Assembly (NCBI GenBank): GCA_905233585.1
Contig: CAJOFD010000007.1
Span: forward strand, 6,684 to 70,683
DNA length: 64,000 nucleotides
DNA from: an uncultured Bacteroidales bacterium
Lineage (GTDB): Bacteria > Bacteroidota > Bacteroidia > Bacteroidales > WCHB1-69
Reading direction: 5' to 3'
A program made the translations under genes and the position numbers. A model generated the notes under the pieces. The model was not told where the DNA came from and searched no databases. It worked only from the letters and a program-made list of their open reading frames with translations. Below are positions 36,767-47,813 of this stretch, one piece after another. The first letter of the stretch is position 1; every line of letters starts with the position of its first letter.

Positions 36767-38068
36767 CTAATTATCTTCACAAACGAACTTCAACATTGAT
36801 TCGTAAATTGTTTGCCAGTCATGGAGTTCATTTTGTGAAAAATTTTGTTGGTGAAACAAAGATACAAAAACACCATTGTGTTTTTTAACTTCTTGTATAG
36901 CCATATAAAGCTGTTTTAGAATAAGTTCTTCTTTTTTGATTTTTCCTAACTGATTTTCCATACAAAACAACGGATAAACACGCAAAGTTGTTTGAACATT
37001 CTTCTTCAAATCAAAAAACAAAAAAGATGAACATGTAGAGGCACGCCAACCTAAAACAGAAGCATAGCCCATAGAATAATCTTCTTGTATGTTATTCGAA
37101 ATCAAACTATTATAACTATTTGGCAAACAAAAATGCAAATAATGAAATCTATTTTTACGAATGGATTTTTGAGTGCATTTTTGCAAAAAATCAATTTCTT
37201 GTTGTTGTAAATCCAAATTTCCAAAACTTTGAAAAGAAGCATGCCAACCTATTTGGTTTTGTTGTGCAACTTTTACAATAACTTGCTGAAAATCTTTATT
37301 TTTTATAGATATATTTTTGTCATATTTACTTCGTTGTTGAGCAACTAAAAAGAAATAAATGGCTTGCAGATTATATTTTCTATGAATATTTTCCAAATAA
37401 TCAAAATTATCGTATGGGTCTTGTTTTTTGTTAAACAACACCTCTCTACGTTGTTTTACTCCACGTAAATCAAACCGAAAAACTTGTTTTACAAATCCTG
37501 CAACAGATAACCAAAAACCTTTGTTTTTGTAACAATATGCAATATCAATATCATAAGTCGGCAAATATTCAAAATTCGGCTCTTTAAATTCCAAAGAAGG
37601 AAAAACAGACAACAATTTTTCTTTCAAAAATAATATCCACCTGTCCACCATAGCTTTATCCAAACAATTGTGAACAAAAGCCCAACTATTTTCGGGCTTA
37701 AATCGACCAAGATAATCCGTTTGGGCACACAAATATTCTTCATAACGACTTAGACAATAAAAGCAAGCCGCAAAAATATCAAAACCTAAAAAATCCTCTT
37801 TTGTGCTTTTAAATAAAATTTTATTTGATTGTATTTCATCTATTTGCAACTCTTGATTGTGAATATCTTTTTCAAACAACAGTGTTTTTGCTTCAATAAA
37901 AGGAACATCTGCAAAATCCATTCCATAAGCAATTTTCATTCCTTTATATTCTTGGAAATCAGACTTATTTGTACATAACTGAAACGCTATGCCCAATCTT
38001 TCCCCAAAAATATGTCTGAACACATACTCTAATCGTTTTGTCTGTTGTGGAACAAAAATAAGCAACAT
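36767..38068 (-). CDS. Conserved hypothetical protein (possibly polysaccharide-deacetylase-like)
   Basis: A 433-aa ORF contiguous with the TrmH-family gene. The N-terminus (MLLIFVPQQTKRLEYVFRHIF) resembles a Bacteroidetes family often annotated that way. The function is not supported from sequence alone. Confidence 0.4.
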   Translation of the reverse strand: MLLIFVPQQTKRLEYVFRHIFGERLGIAFQLCTNKSDFQEYKGMKIAYGMDFADVPFIEAKTLLFEKDIHNQELQIDEIQSNKILFKSTKEDFLGFDIFAACFYCLSRYEEYLCAQTDYLGRFKPENSWAFVHNCLDKAMVDRWILFLKEKLLSVFPSLEFKEPNFEYLPTYDIDIAYCYKNKGFWLSVAGFVKQVFRFDLRGVKQRREVLFNKKQDPYDNFDYLENIHRKYNLQAIYFFLVAQQRSKYDKNISIKNKDFQQVIVKVAQQNQIGWHASFQSFGNLDLQQQEIDFLQKCTQKSIRKNRFHYLHFCLPNSYNSLISNNIQEDYSMGYASVLGWRASTCSSFLFFDLKKNVQTTLRVYPLFCMENQLGKIKKEELILKQLYMAIQEVKKHNGVFVSLFHQQNFSQNELHDWQTIYESMLKFVCEDN

Positions 38069-38608
38069 TTATTGATTGTTTTGAAGATACAATTGACAAA
38101 AATGCCATAAAACCACACCTGTACTTACAGAAATGTTCAAAGAATGTTTGGTTCCAAATTGTGGTATTTCAATACTTTTTTCGCATTTATCTATTACCTC
38201 TTGCTCTACACCATGCACTTCATTGCCAAAAACAAGAGCCACTTTGGTTTTTCCATCCCATTGCACTTGGTGCAAAAAAAGACTATCTGTCGTTTGTTCT
38301 ACGGCAAATAGTTTATAATCTTCTTTTTGAAGTTGAACAAGGGCATCTAAAGTATTTTCAAAATACTGCCAATCAACCGATTGTGTTGCTCCCAATGCTG
38401 TTTTTTCAATATCTTTATGAGGGGGTCGGGCTGTTATGCCACAAAGATAAATTTTCTCTATTTTAAAAGCGTCTGAAGTTCTAAAAACTGAACCGATGTT
38501 GTTCATACTACGAACATTGTCCAAAACTACAACAATAGGGAGTTTATCACTCTGTTTAAATTCATCTACAGACATTCGTCCTAAGTCTTCCATGGATAAT
38601 TTTTTCAT
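38069..38608 (-). CDS. TrmH/SpoU-family RNA 2'-O-methyltransferase
   Basis: Family motifs are VVLDNVRSMNNIGSVFRTSDAF, LVFGNEVHGV and IEIPQFGTKHSLNISVSTG. Confidence 0.85.
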   Translation of the reverse strand: MKKLSMEDLGRMSVDEFKQSDKLPIVVVLDNVRSMNNIGSVFRTSDAFKIEKIYLCGITARPPHKDIEKTALGATQSVDWQYFENTLDALVQLQKEDYKLFAVEQTTDSLFLHQVQWDGKTKVALVFGNEVHGVEQEVIDKCEKSIEIPQFGTKHSLNISVSTGVVLWHFCQLYLQNNQ

Positions 38609-39768
38609 ATCTCTCCCTCCTTTTGTACTTGGTTTTCTTGCGAAAGATTTGGATTGCCTTCCAAATTTCTCGTCAATGTTTTCACAAAGTTGTTGTTCCC
38701 AAAAAACTCACTGGCAACAATTCTAATAATTGTATAAGCAGGTATGCCTAACATCATACCCGGCACTCCGGCAATGGTACCCGAAATCAAAACAATTAAA
38801 AATATTTCCAAGGGATGTGCCTTGACAGAACGAGATGCAATATAAGGTTGCAAGAAAAAATTGTCCAACAAACGGCAAAAAACAAAAGTGCCGACAACTT
38901 TTAATACAATAGGAAGCAAAACAACTTCAGGATTGAGCATATAGCCCCCCATCACAGCAAGTACACAACCCAAAACACAAGCAATTATCGAACCTAAAAA
39001 AGGAATGATAACCAAGATTCCACCCAAAACTGCTATTAACAATGCATTTTCTATATGCAAGACAGACAACAAAACAAACTCCAACACACCCATTATTACC
39101 ACCTCAACAGCAAGACCGGTAAAATAATTGGACAACAACCTTTGCGAGCGAGTTAAAATATGAGATGTTTCCTTTTGATAACGATTGGGCATCATATTTA
39201 TAATATAGCGGTGTAATTTAGGCACATCTTTCAAAAAGAAAAACGAAATGAACAAAATGGAAAAAATACCTAAAAACAAATCGCCAATCATTTGAATGAC
39301 ATTACTAAAAAATGTAGAAACATTCAATGTTTTTATCTTGCCTACAACAGCCTCAAAAACAACCTCTTCCAAACTTTCATCTTCCGTCAAAAAACCAATA
39401 TTCTGCAATCCCTCATCTACAACTTGCAATTGTTCATTATATGAATTTTGAAAACTATACGGATTCAAATTTGCAATGCTGCTTATCTGCCGATGAATAG
39501 GAGGAATTATTACACAAAACAATAAAGTAATAAAACCAATAATAATTAACAACGATAAGACACTTGACAAGTTATTGCCTATTTGTTTTTTCCCTATTTT
39601 TATTTTTTGCAGCAGTTGTTTTATCGGGGCTGCCAACAAAGTAATAATAACAGAAATAATAATAAAAAGGGTTATTGTGGAAAAATACCACGCCAACCAA
39701 ATTAGCAGGGCAATAACAACTATTGCGGAAATTGTTCCAATAAACTTGGTTTGCGATTGTTTCTTCAT
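38605..39768 (-). CDS. AI-2E family transporter (PerM/UPF0118)
   Basis: A polytopic protein with a C-terminal LLDNFFLQPYIASRSVKAHPLEIFLIVL..GVPGMMLGIPAY, typical of the family. Confidence 0.8.
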   Translation of the reverse strand: MKKQSQTKFIGTISAIVVIALLIWLAWYFSTITLFIIISVIITLLAAPIKQLLQKIKIGKKQIGNNLSSVLSLLIIIGFITLLFCVIIPPIHRQISSIANLNPYSFQNSYNEQLQVVDEGLQNIGFLTEDESLEEVVFEAVVGKIKTLNVSTFFSNVIQMIGDLFLGIFSILFISFFFLKDVPKLHRYIINMMPNRYQKETSHILTRSQRLLSNYFTGLAVEVVIMGVLEFVLLSVLHIENALLIAVLGGILVIIPFLGSIIACVLGCVLAVMGGYMLNPEVVLLPIVLKVVGTFVFCRLLDNFFLQPYIASRSVKAHPLEIFLIVLISGTIAGVPGMMLGIPAYTIIRIVASEFFGNNNFVKTLTRNLEGNPNLSQENQVQKEGEI

Positions 39769-39772
39769 ATGT

Positions 39773-40762
39773 TTAATCCAAGCGGTTCAAGCCATCTATA
39801 GCCAACTGGTAGTGATCATCCAATTTCAAGCAATACATAAAATCTTGACGGGCTTTGTCTTTTTCATTTAACATTTCGGAGCAAAGACCTCGATTGTAAA
39901 TTGCCTCAATGTATGTTCCATCTTCTTCTATGGCTTTGGAAAAAAAGACAAAACCTTCTTCATATTTTCCTTGAGCCATATAAACCCAACCCATATTGTG
40001 CAATGCCACTTTGTTATGAACATCGTTTTGCAGTATCATCTTGTAAATTTCCAATGCTTTGTCATAATCTTTTGCTTCCTGATAAAACATGGCTTTGTTG
40101 TATAAAGCCTGAAAATCATTAACTTTACAATTCAAAGCATTGTTATAATAATCTATTGCCAAAGCATTTTGACGACAATGATACAATATGCCCAATTCCA
40201 TATAAGCATCATAATAATCAGAATTTTGCTCTGTTGCCTTCAAATAATTATTAATTGCCATGGACGTATCTCCTTTTTCTCGGAAAATCCAACCCAAAAG
40301 AAAATAGGCTTTGGGGTTATAACTATTTGTTTTTAGACTTTGTTCTGCAAATTTTTGGGACAAATCATATCGTTTAAGCAAAAAATGCAGTTCTGCCAAT
40401 TTTAACATAGCCTCTTCATTTTTCGGATTGATTGCCAAAACTTTTTCCAATGTTTCTTCAGACAAATCAACATTGGTTTGAGCAAAATAAACATCTGATA
40501 ATGTCAAATAATACGTTTCGTTGGCGGAATCCAACGAAATCGCTTTGGATATCGCACTTAATGCACTATCAAATTGTTGATTTTGAATAAAATATACTGC
40601 TAATTTGTTGAAAAGTTCCGGATTTTTTGCATCTTTGTCTATTTGTGCATACAAATCCTGCAATTCTTGTGGCAATTCAGAATCATTACCTTGCTTGTCT
40701 GGACGATGACAACAAGTACAACAAAGGCTAACTATCAGTAAAAAACAAACAATTTTGTGCAT
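39773..40762 (-). CDS. TPR-repeat lipoprotein
   Basis: It has a Cys-rich lipoprotein-type leader, followed by repeated 34-aa A/Y/L patterns (AL..Y..A..L.P.N). Confidence 0.75.
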   Translation of the reverse strand: MHKIVCFLLIVSLCCTCCHRPDKQGNDSELPQELQDLYAQIDKDAKNPELFNKLAVYFIQNQQFDSALSAISKAISLDSANETYYLTLSDVYFAQTNVDLSEETLEKVLAINPKNEEAMLKLAELHFLLKRYDLSQKFAEQSLKTNSYNPKAYFLLGWIFREKGDTSMAINNYLKATEQNSDYYDAYMELGILYHCRQNALAIDYYNNALNCKVNDFQALYNKAMFYQEAKDYDKALEIYKMILQNDVHNKVALHNMGWVYMAQGKYEEGFVFFSKAIEEDGTYIEAIYNRGLCSEMLNEKDKARQDFMYCLKLDDHYQLAIDGLNRLD

Positions 40763-40764
40763 TT

Positions 40765-41793
40765 TTATTCCGTTTTGGAAATATTTTTGTTAGCAATTGC
40801 CTCTTTTATTCTGTTTTCTAATTCTTCTGCCAATTCCGGATTGTCTTCTACAATTTGTTTAACGGCTTCTCTTCCTTGTCCAAGTTTGGTATCATTATAC
40901 GAAAACCAAGAGCCACTTTTCTTAACAATATCATATTCAACACCTAAATCAACTATTTCTCCGCTTTTGGAAATTCCCTTGCCATACATTATATCAAATT
41001 CTGCTGTGCGGAAAGGTGGGGCAACTTTGTTTTTTACCACTTTTACTTTCACGTGATTACCAATAACTTCATCGCCTTCTTTTATCTGCGTTTGCCTACG
41101 AATATCGATACGCACGGAAGAATAAAATTTAAGGGCATTACCTCCTGTTGTTGTTTCCGGATTACCAAACATTACACCTATTTTCTCTCTCAACTGGTTG
41201 ATAAAGATACAGCAACAGTTTGTTTTGCTGATTGTTGCGGTTAATTTACGAAGAGCCTGCGACATCAATCGGGCTTGCAAACCCATTTTTGAATCACCCA
41301 TTTCTCCGTCTATTTCGCTTTTGGGAGTCAATGCCGCTACTGAATCTATGACAATAATATCTATCGCACCCGAACGGATAAGATTATCGGCTATTTCCAA
41401 GGCTTGTTCACCATTGTCCGGTTGAGAAATCAATAAATTTTGTACATCTACGCCCAATTTTTCCGCATAAAAACGGTCAAAGGCATGTTCTGCATCTATA
41501 AAAGCCGCAATACCGCCATTTTTTTGTGCTTCCGCTATGGCATGAATAGCCAACGTGGTTTTACCTGATGATTCCGGACCAAAAATTTCTATAATACGGC
41601 CTTTTGGAAAACCATTGACACCCAATGCTATATCTAAACCAAGTGAACCTGTAGATATAACATCCATTTTTTCTATTTCGGTATCCCCCATTTTCATTAC
41701 GGAACCTTTGCCGTACAATTTTTCCAAACGTTCTAAGGTTGAATTTAATACCTTTAATTTTTCTGAATTATCGTTCTTTACTTCTTTTGCCAT
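40765..41793 (-). CDS. recA: Recombinase RecA
   Basis: Family motifs are [46 protein letters not shown]. Confidence 0.97.
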   Translation of the reverse strand: MAKEVKNDNSEKLKVLNSTLERLEKLYGKGSVMKMGDTEIEKMDVISTGSLGLDIALGVNGFPKGRIIEIFGPESSGKTTLAIHAIAEAQKNGGIAAFIDAEHAFDRFYAEKLGVDVQNLLISQPDNGEQALEIADNLIRSGAIDIIVIDSVAALTPKSEIDGEMGDSKMGLQARLMSQALRKLTATISKTNCCCIFINQLREKIGVMFGNPETTTGGNALKFYSSVRIDIRRQTQIKEGDEVIGNHVKVKVVKNKVAPPFRTAEFDIMYGKGISKSGEIVDLGVEYDIVKKSGSWFSYNDTKLGQGREAVKQIVEDNPELAEELENRIKEAIANKNISKTE

Positions 41794-41827
41794 TATTTTT
41801 TATTTACTGTGTTTAACAAACTTGTGG

Positions 41828-41835
41828 CAAAGATA
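41828..41835 (-). promoter_or_regulatory. Bacteroidetes -7 promoter box (TATCTTTG) for recA
   Basis: The plus strand reads caaagata. It lies 35 nt upstream of the recA ATG at 41793. Confidence 0.5.
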
Positions 41836-41930
41836 CACAAATTTTTCGAGAAAAGGCAAAATAATAATAAAAATGATTTCAGGGGAAAACAATATAATTT
41901 TGGAGAAAACTTTTCGTTGTTAAAAATCAT

Positions 41931-42821
41931 TTATTTCTCCTTATTCCACACATAAACCTTTTTGTGTTTGCTGTCCCAAAACAAGTAATCAAAACGCCGA
42001 AAAAATCTCAATCCAATAAGATTGCGAAATTTGTGATTTGATATATGTACATCATTATAATATCTATTGCCAACCTTTAAGCTGTCAAAGTAATAGTTTT
42101 CGGTTAAATCCCAACTAAACAAACCAAAGGTTGTATCTATTAGTGTAGAATAAGTTTTGTTCTGTTTACAAATTTTCGCTATCTGCAACGAATCCAAACA
42201 CAAATCTACATTGCAACCAAAATCTATCAAAGCCTTACATTTTAAATCACAGACATTTAATTTGACTTCCGGAGTTCTATTGTCACTATATATCCACACA
42301 AGTGCATCGGATGGTATTTTTATCACACTGTCCAATGGTAAACTTTCCATTGTACAATTGGATAAATCAAAATGCCAATTGGCTCTGCCAATAACATCCA
42401 TTCCTAAAATACCTGCTACAAAACTATTATTTTTTGGAGAGGCTTCATGAACATCATATTCCCCAATAAGATTTGATAGAAAGAACTGTGATTTATAACA
42501 TTCAATTTGTGGAAAAAAAAAGAATGGTGCTATCTTCCTCTTTCCATGCACATCATATACCCATGAAACAGCAACAAAACTTTTCTTATAACCGTTTTTG
42601 TAAAAATAACTATAAGGTGCTCCGGAATCCATTATAAAATATTCCTTTGGATTGCCTATTGCCATCACCCCTTTAGTATAAATAAACGGAATTTTTGTAT
42701 AAGAAATTTTTACTTTGTTAAAATGTATTAAAATATTAACAAAAACATTAAGTAAAATAACAACAAACAAAACTATTATTGCCACTATAATAAAGTTTCG
42801 TTTCTTTTGCTTTTGCAACAT
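41931..42821 (-). CDS. Membrane-anchored retropepsin-like aspartyl protease candidate
   Basis: It has an N-terminal TM segment. FIMDSGAPYSYF (D-S-G-A) and GILGMDVIG fit the retropepsin-like pattern. The second half has degenerate equivalents (ALIDFGCNVDL, LIGLRFFRRF). Confidence 0.4.
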   Translation of the reverse strand: MLQKQKKRNFIIVAIIVLFVVILLNVFVNILIHFNKVKISYTKIPFIYTKGVMAIGNPKEYFIMDSGAPYSYFYKNGYKKSFVAVSWVYDVHGKRKIAPFFFFPQIECYKSQFFLSNLIGEYDVHEASPKNNSFVAGILGMDVIGRANWHFDLSNCTMESLPLDSVIKIPSDALVWIYSDNRTPEVKLNVCDLKCKALIDFGCNVDLCLDSLQIAKICKQNKTYSTLIDTTFGLFSWDLTENYYFDSLKVGNRYYNDVHISNHKFRNLIGLRFFRRFDYLFWDSKHKKVYVWNKEK

Positions 42822-42845
42822 TTTCTCTTATACAACAAACATTTT

Positions 42846-43217
42846 CTATCTGCCTATTTCCACGTCGGCATTGGTCATTTTCACAGATACACTATCCATT
42901 TGTCCGCCCAAAGGTGGATTGAGTTTGCATATTTCCACCGCAACATTCTCCACCTCCGCAAAGGTATCCATAATCGCTTTGATAATTCTATATGCAATGT
43001 GTTCCAACAAATCGGACGATTGTTTCATTTGGTCGGCAATAACCTTATATACTTCCTGATAATTAACGGTTTGCGACAAATCATCAGTAAAGGCTGCTTG
43101 TTTGCAATCCACATCAAGACTGCAATTGACAACAAAATGAGTTCCGACAATTTTTTCTTCATCAAAACAACCATGATAGGCATAAAATTTCATTCCGTTG
43201 ATGTTTATCTGTGCCAT
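42846..43217 (-). CDS. folB: Dihydroneopterin aldolase
   Basis: 123 aa with FYAYHGCFDEEKIVGTHFVVN..TVNYQEVY. Confidence 0.8.
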   Translation of the reverse strand: MAQININGMKFYAYHGCFDEEKIVGTHFVVNCSLDVDCKQAAFTDDLSQTVNYQEVYKVIADQMKQSSDLLEHIAYRIIKAIMDTFAEVENVAVEICKLNPPLGGQMDSVSVKMTNADVEIGR

Positions 43218-43220
43218 ATT

Positions 43221-45464
43221 TTAATTATTCCCTACGTTTTTAACATTATTTTTCTCTCCTACCACCCAAATTAAATCATTCTGTTGGAAAACCATTGACA
43301 TTGGCGGATTAAAAATTTCTTTTCCGTTCCTTTCTAAACAAACTATCATACATCCACCTTGCTCACGAATGCCCGATTCTGCAATAGTTTGATTAATGTA
43401 TTTTGATTTTTCATTGATAACAAAAGAGGAAAGTTGCATGTTTTTTCTATGTTTAACAGGCTGTACTTCCGTATCTTCAACCATTTTTTTGAACGAAGAA
43501 ATCTGTTTGTCTGTTCCTAAAATAACCAACCTGTCGCTCGGATAAATACATTCCGCACCTGAAGGCAGATAAATATCCTTGCTCCCCCGTTCTATTTTTA
43601 CAATACTCACGCCATATTTATCATAACAAGCCGTTTGTGCTATCGTCTGTCCCACCATTTCAGAATCAGGAGAAACAAGAATTTGAGCCAAGTGAATATC
43701 TTTGCCTGCAAATTGCGACTGTATGCTCACCTGAATAGGGTGTTTTTTTCTTTCTTCCTCTTCCCGTTGTTTCAAATTGGCGATAAAACGATGTTCTATG
43801 CTTGAGAATCTCGAAAATGACATTTTGGATACCAACAAAAACAATCCCAAGCCCAAAGCGACAACAATAATAATCCAGGATGTGGACGAAAATGCACGGG
43901 AAAGGACAACAACCAAATACAACACCACCAAAAATATTCTCAACAACAACAAGGCAACAATAGCCCCTCTGTTATATCTGCTATTGCCCCACAAATGAGT
44001 AATAATTTCATGGTCCTCCTTTTTGTTAATCATCATACCTCGCAAAAATGGAGCGATAGCTAAAATGGTAGCACCGGCACACAAAACATCTCCCCATGTA
44101 CCGGCAATATATGTTTGCACAAACGGGAAAAACCAAACAAAAGAAAAAATAATAATTGCCACTATCAACACAGAAAGAATCAATATTCTGAGTATATAGG
44201 TTTTTATCAACTTTTTCCAAGCACTATCTTTGGTCACCACATTGGATCCCGAACCATAACGATTGAGCAAATCAAGAAACCTTTGTGGTAAATGTTTTTC
44301 CACCCATATTGCCACCGGTTCGGAGGCTCTGATGCAATAAGGTGTTGTAAATGTTGTGATAACAGAAACCGCAACAATAACCGGATAAATATAAGCACTC
44401 AATACATTCAACGACAAACCCAATGTTGCTATAATAAAGGCAAATTCACCTATCTGAGACAAACTTGCTCCCACTTGTACTGCAGTTTTGATATTTTGCC
44501 CAGAAATCAACACACCCAAAGCAGAAAAAAAGGTTTTCCCAAAAATAGTAACAAATGTCAATATTAATATCGGCAACCAATAAGCTGCCAAAATCTGCGG
44601 GTCAACCATCATACCCACAGAAACAAAGAATATAGCCCCAAATAAATCTTTTATCTGTTTGGTCAATCGGTCAATACGTTCCGCTTCTATTGTTTCCGCC
44701 AAAATAGAACCCATTACAAATGCCCCTAATGCTGAAGAAAAACCTGCGTATGTTGCCAATACAACCATACCGAAACACAAACCAATGGAAAAAATCAACA
44801 AGGTTTCATCGTTCATCAACTTACGGAATCTGTGGAAAAACGTAGGCAAAACATAAATGCCTATCAAAAACCACAAAATAAGGAAAAATACTAATTTCAA
44901 AATATTGAATAAAACGTCTTTCCCTGCAAACTGCTGACCTACAGCCGCTGTAGAGAGCAACACCATCAACAAAATAGCCACCAAATCTTGAATGATAAGT
45001 ACAACAAGTGTGATGTTGGCAAACTTCTGTTGCATAACACCTAAATCTTCAAAGGCTTTGATAACAATCACCGTTGAAGACATGCACAACATACCGCCCA
45101 AAAACAAACTCTCCATCAAAGTCCAGCCCATCAATTTTCCGATAAACACACCCAACAAAGCAACTGTTATCACTTCGGTACCTGCCGTTATAAAGGCCGT
45201 ACTGCCCAAGGTGAACAATTTTTTGAAACTAAACTCCAATCCCAATGCAAACAATAGGAATATAATACCTATTTCCGACCATTCCTGAACACTTTGTACC
45301 TCCACTACTGTCGGGAAAATACCAAAATGAGGGCCGACAAAAAAACCTGCTACAATATAACCCAATACGACAGGCTGTTTTAATACCTTGAAAATCAACG
45401 TAATAACGCCTGCCGAAATTAATATTAACGCTAAATCCGTTACAAGATGTAATTCCTCTGACAT
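43221..45464 (-). CDS. CPA2-family cation:proton antiporter with C-terminal RCK/TrkA-C-like domains
   Basis: A Kef-type polytopic N-terminal half (GYIVAGFFVGPH..), with two soluble repeats in the C-terminal half. Confidence 0.78.
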   Translation of the reverse strand: MSEELHLVTDLALILISAGVITLIFKVLKQPVVLGYIVAGFFVGPHFGIFPTVVEVQSVQEWSEIGIIFLLFALGLEFSFKKLFTLGSTAFITAGTEVITVALLGVFIGKLMGWTLMESLFLGGMLCMSSTVIVIKAFEDLGVMQQKFANITLVVLIIQDLVAILLMVLLSTAAVGQQFAGKDVLFNILKLVFFLILWFLIGIYVLPTFFHRFRKLMNDETLLIFSIGLCFGMVVLATYAGFSSALGAFVMGSILAETIEAERIDRLTKQIKDLFGAIFFVSVGMMVDPQILAAYWLPILILTFVTIFGKTFFSALGVLISGQNIKTAVQVGASLSQIGEFAFIIATLGLSLNVLSAYIYPVIVAVSVITTFTTPYCIRASEPVAIWVEKHLPQRFLDLLNRYGSGSNVVTKDSAWKKLIKTYILRILILSVLIVAIIIFSFVWFFPFVQTYIAGTWGDVLCAGATILAIAPFLRGMMINKKEDHEIITHLWGNSRYNRGAIVALLLLRIFLVVLYLVVVLSRAFSSTSWIIIVVALGLGLFLLVSKMSFSRFSSIEHRFIANLKQREEEERKKHPIQVSIQSQFAGKDIHLAQILVSPDSEMVGQTIAQTACYDKYGVSIVKIERGSKDIYLPSGAECIYPSDRLVILGTDKQISSFKKMVEDTEVQPVKHRKNMQLSSFVINEKSKYINQTIAESGIREQGGCMIVCLERNGKEIFNPPMSMVFQQNDLIWVVGEKNNVKNVGNN

Positions 45465-45528
45465 TTTTGCTTTGTTTTATGTATAAAACTCTTCTTTTTA
45501 AATATAATAAATATTTGATTTGTCTCTT

Positions 45529-45984
45529 TTAGTCGTCATAGTCGTCTTCTTGTCGCCATTGAACATAAGAACTTGCTGTTTCAGACAAAGTTACACTAAT
45601 CAATCGATTGTATCCTATATCTAAATGCGGTGCCAATCTTTCAACAAAATCAATCAACAAATTTTCAGAAGTAGGCGTATAATTTGTTAATATCAGTTTT
45701 TGCTGATTGGCTTTTATAGCATTAATAAGTTTTTTGTCGGCATTTTTACTCAAAACAATAGCATGGTCAAAATCATTGATAATCGTTTTTTCAACTATTT
45801 TTTTTAAGTCACCAAAATCTATAACCATTCCTTTTTTAGGACTGTTTGATCTTTTTTCAGGATAACCTGAAACCGTTACTTCCAAACGATAGGAATGTCC
45901 ATGTATGTTTTTGCAAGGACCATTATATTTTTCAAGGGCATGAGCCATCTCAAAAGTAAATATCTTTGTTACACGTACAAGCAT
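45529..45984 (-). CDS. queD: 6-carboxytetrahydropterin synthase
   Basis: The family pattern FTFEMAHAL..CKNIHGHSYRLEVTV is present. Confidence 0.85.
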   Translation of the reverse strand: MLVRVTKIFTFEMAHALEKYNGPCKNIHGHSYRLEVTVSGYPEKRSNSPKKGMVIDFGDLKKIVEKTIINDFDHAIVLSKNADKKLINAIKANQQKLILTNYTPTSENLLIDFVERLAPHLDIGYNRLISVTLSETASSYVQWRQEDDYDD

Positions 45985-46010
45985 TGTTTATATCTTTTTT
46001 TGATTCATTG

Positions 46011-46018
46011 CAAAGATA
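46011..46018 (-). promoter_or_regulatory. Bacteroidetes -7 promoter box (TATCTTTG) for queD
   Basis: The plus strand reads caaagata. It lies 27 nt upstream of the ATG at 45984. Confidence 0.5.
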
Positions 46019-46079
46019 ATATTTTTTCCCTTACAAAATCTAAGGTCAAACAAAATCTGCCTCAAAAATTATACAAACA

Positions 46080-47807
46080 TCAAAACAAAGCTGTATAACC
46101 AAAAGTTATTTTGCCCGTAGAAAATTTAATCGGATTGCCATGTTGTCTGCCCAAAGCATAATTGAAAGCAAAAATACCCGCTTTGGTATCAAACGAAAGA
46201 CCAGCCCCAAATCCAAAAGGAAAATCACTTACATATTTCTCCAATTGCTGTTGATAACCGGCTATATCAAAAAACAATTGCAAATAAGATTTTTGAGCAA
46301 AACTAAAACGCAATTCATCTCTTACAATAATATAAGTTGAAGCATATATTGACAGTTGGTCAAAACCCCGTAATGTTTTTAGACCACCAATGCGATACAA
46401 TTCGTTTTTATACAAATTATTGGCTTGCATGTGTCCCCCTTGCACAGACAAAACCCACGTAAAACGCTTATGCAAAGGAAAATAAAAGTCTGCCGTCATT
46501 TGTATATGCAAACTATTGCTATTTTTGGAAATAGCATCATATAGTTCTGATTTTATTTTAATGTTTTTCACTATTTTTTTCTTCCCGACAGACACATCTG
46601 CCATCAAATAAAAGCCCTTGTGGGGATTAAAAATATAATCCAACTTTTGCCAAACAAAAGAAAAACCATACAAGTTCATATTATAATCAACATTTTCAGG
46701 CAATTGTGTTAAATATGTAAGAGATTCATTGGCTACCAACCTTGAATTTTTGTACGTATAATACAATCTCAAATAATTGCTTTGCTGAATATAATAATGC
46801 ACACCTGCTGTTATAGATAAATTGAGGTAAGAAGTGTCCTTTTTTTCCAATCCGAAATTAGCATCTATGCCAAAAGGAGAAAAAAACAAAAAAGGAAAAT
46901 CTATAGCAATATCCAACGTTTGTGATTGTGTCTGCGGGCGGTTCCATGATAGTTTAATATTTTCTCCAACGGCAAAAATATTGGTAAGATTCAAATTCAA
47001 TTGACCCGTAAGCAGAAGTTTGCCTGTTGTTTCATTGTTGGGAACTATCCCCAAAAAACCATCAAACTGATTCACTTTTACTTTGTCGGCAAAAATATAC
47101 AATGCCGCCTTTTTCGGTGCAAACATCAAGGCCGCCTCTTGCGTTTGTTTTATATACCCCAACTCCGACAACCTTTGATTGACATTTTGCAGAATAGATT
47201 CATTATAAGCACATTTACGTTTTAATCCTAAATATCCATACAAAAAACTCTGTCGCAAACGCATTGTTCCATTGGTAATTATACTATCAAGTATAATCAA
47301 TTCTCCTTTGTCTACTTCTATAGTAGCAGCATATTTGTCTTCCTTTTTTGTTAAAGATATTACTTGTGTACTTGCAAATGGATAACCATTATTTTCGTAA
47401 TAACGCACTATTTCATTATTATACAACAATAATTTGTTTATAGTTGTAATATTTTTAGACAATTTTTGTATTTTTTTAGGGGCAAATTCTGTCGAATCGG
47501 AATAAATCAGATGTACCTCTTCAATTTTTATAGGAGGTCCAACAAAAATATTCGCATAAATTTGATTATTCTCTATAAAAATAGTATCTAAAACGGCTGA
47601 TTCATAGCCTTTTTTTTGCAACAACCCAATTAGTTGCAAACATTTTTTTTTCGCTACACTTATTTTTTTATACGATTGTTTCAGTTTTTTTTCTCCCAAA
47701 ACCTGTACAACTTCATCTCCATCTATAAAACTTACATTTATAGGCATTTGCGATTGTGCCGATAAAAAAACAAACAGAAAATATAAAGCAAGGAATTGCT
47801 TTTTCAT
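46080..47807 (-). CDS. BamA/TamA-like outer-membrane protein (POTRA + surface-antigen barrel)
   Basis: ATG at 47807 gives the signal peptide MKKQFLALYFLFVFLSAQSQ. The C-terminal barrel ends ..GKITFGYTALF. Confidence 0.6.
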   Translation of the reverse strand: MKKQFLALYFLFVFLSAQSQMPINVSFIDGDEVVQVLGEKKLKQSYKKISVAKKKCLQLIGLLQKKGYESAVLDTIFIENNQIYANIFVGPPIKIEEVHLIYSDSTEFAPKKIQKLSKNITTINKLLLYNNEIVRYYENNGYPFASTQVISLTKKEDKYAATIEVDKGELIILDSIITNGTMRLRQSFLYGYLGLKRKCAYNESILQNVNQRLSELGYIKQTQEAALMFAPKKAALYIFADKVKVNQFDGFLGIVPNNETTGKLLLTGQLNLNLTNIFAVGENIKLSWNRPQTQSQTLDIAIDFPFLFFSPFGIDANFGLEKKDTSYLNLSITAGVHYYIQQSNYLRLYYTYKNSRLVANESLTYLTQLPENVDYNMNLYGFSFVWQKLDYIFNPHKGFYLMADVSVGKKKIVKNIKIKSELYDAISKNSNSLHIQMTADFYFPLHKRFTWVLSVQGGHMQANNLYKNELYRIGGLKTLRGFDQLSIYASTYIIVRDELRFSFAQKSYLQLFFDIAGYQQQLEKYVSDFPFGFGAGLSFDTKAGIFAFNYALGRQHGNPIKFSTGKITFGYTALF

Positions 47808-47813
47808 AAACAA

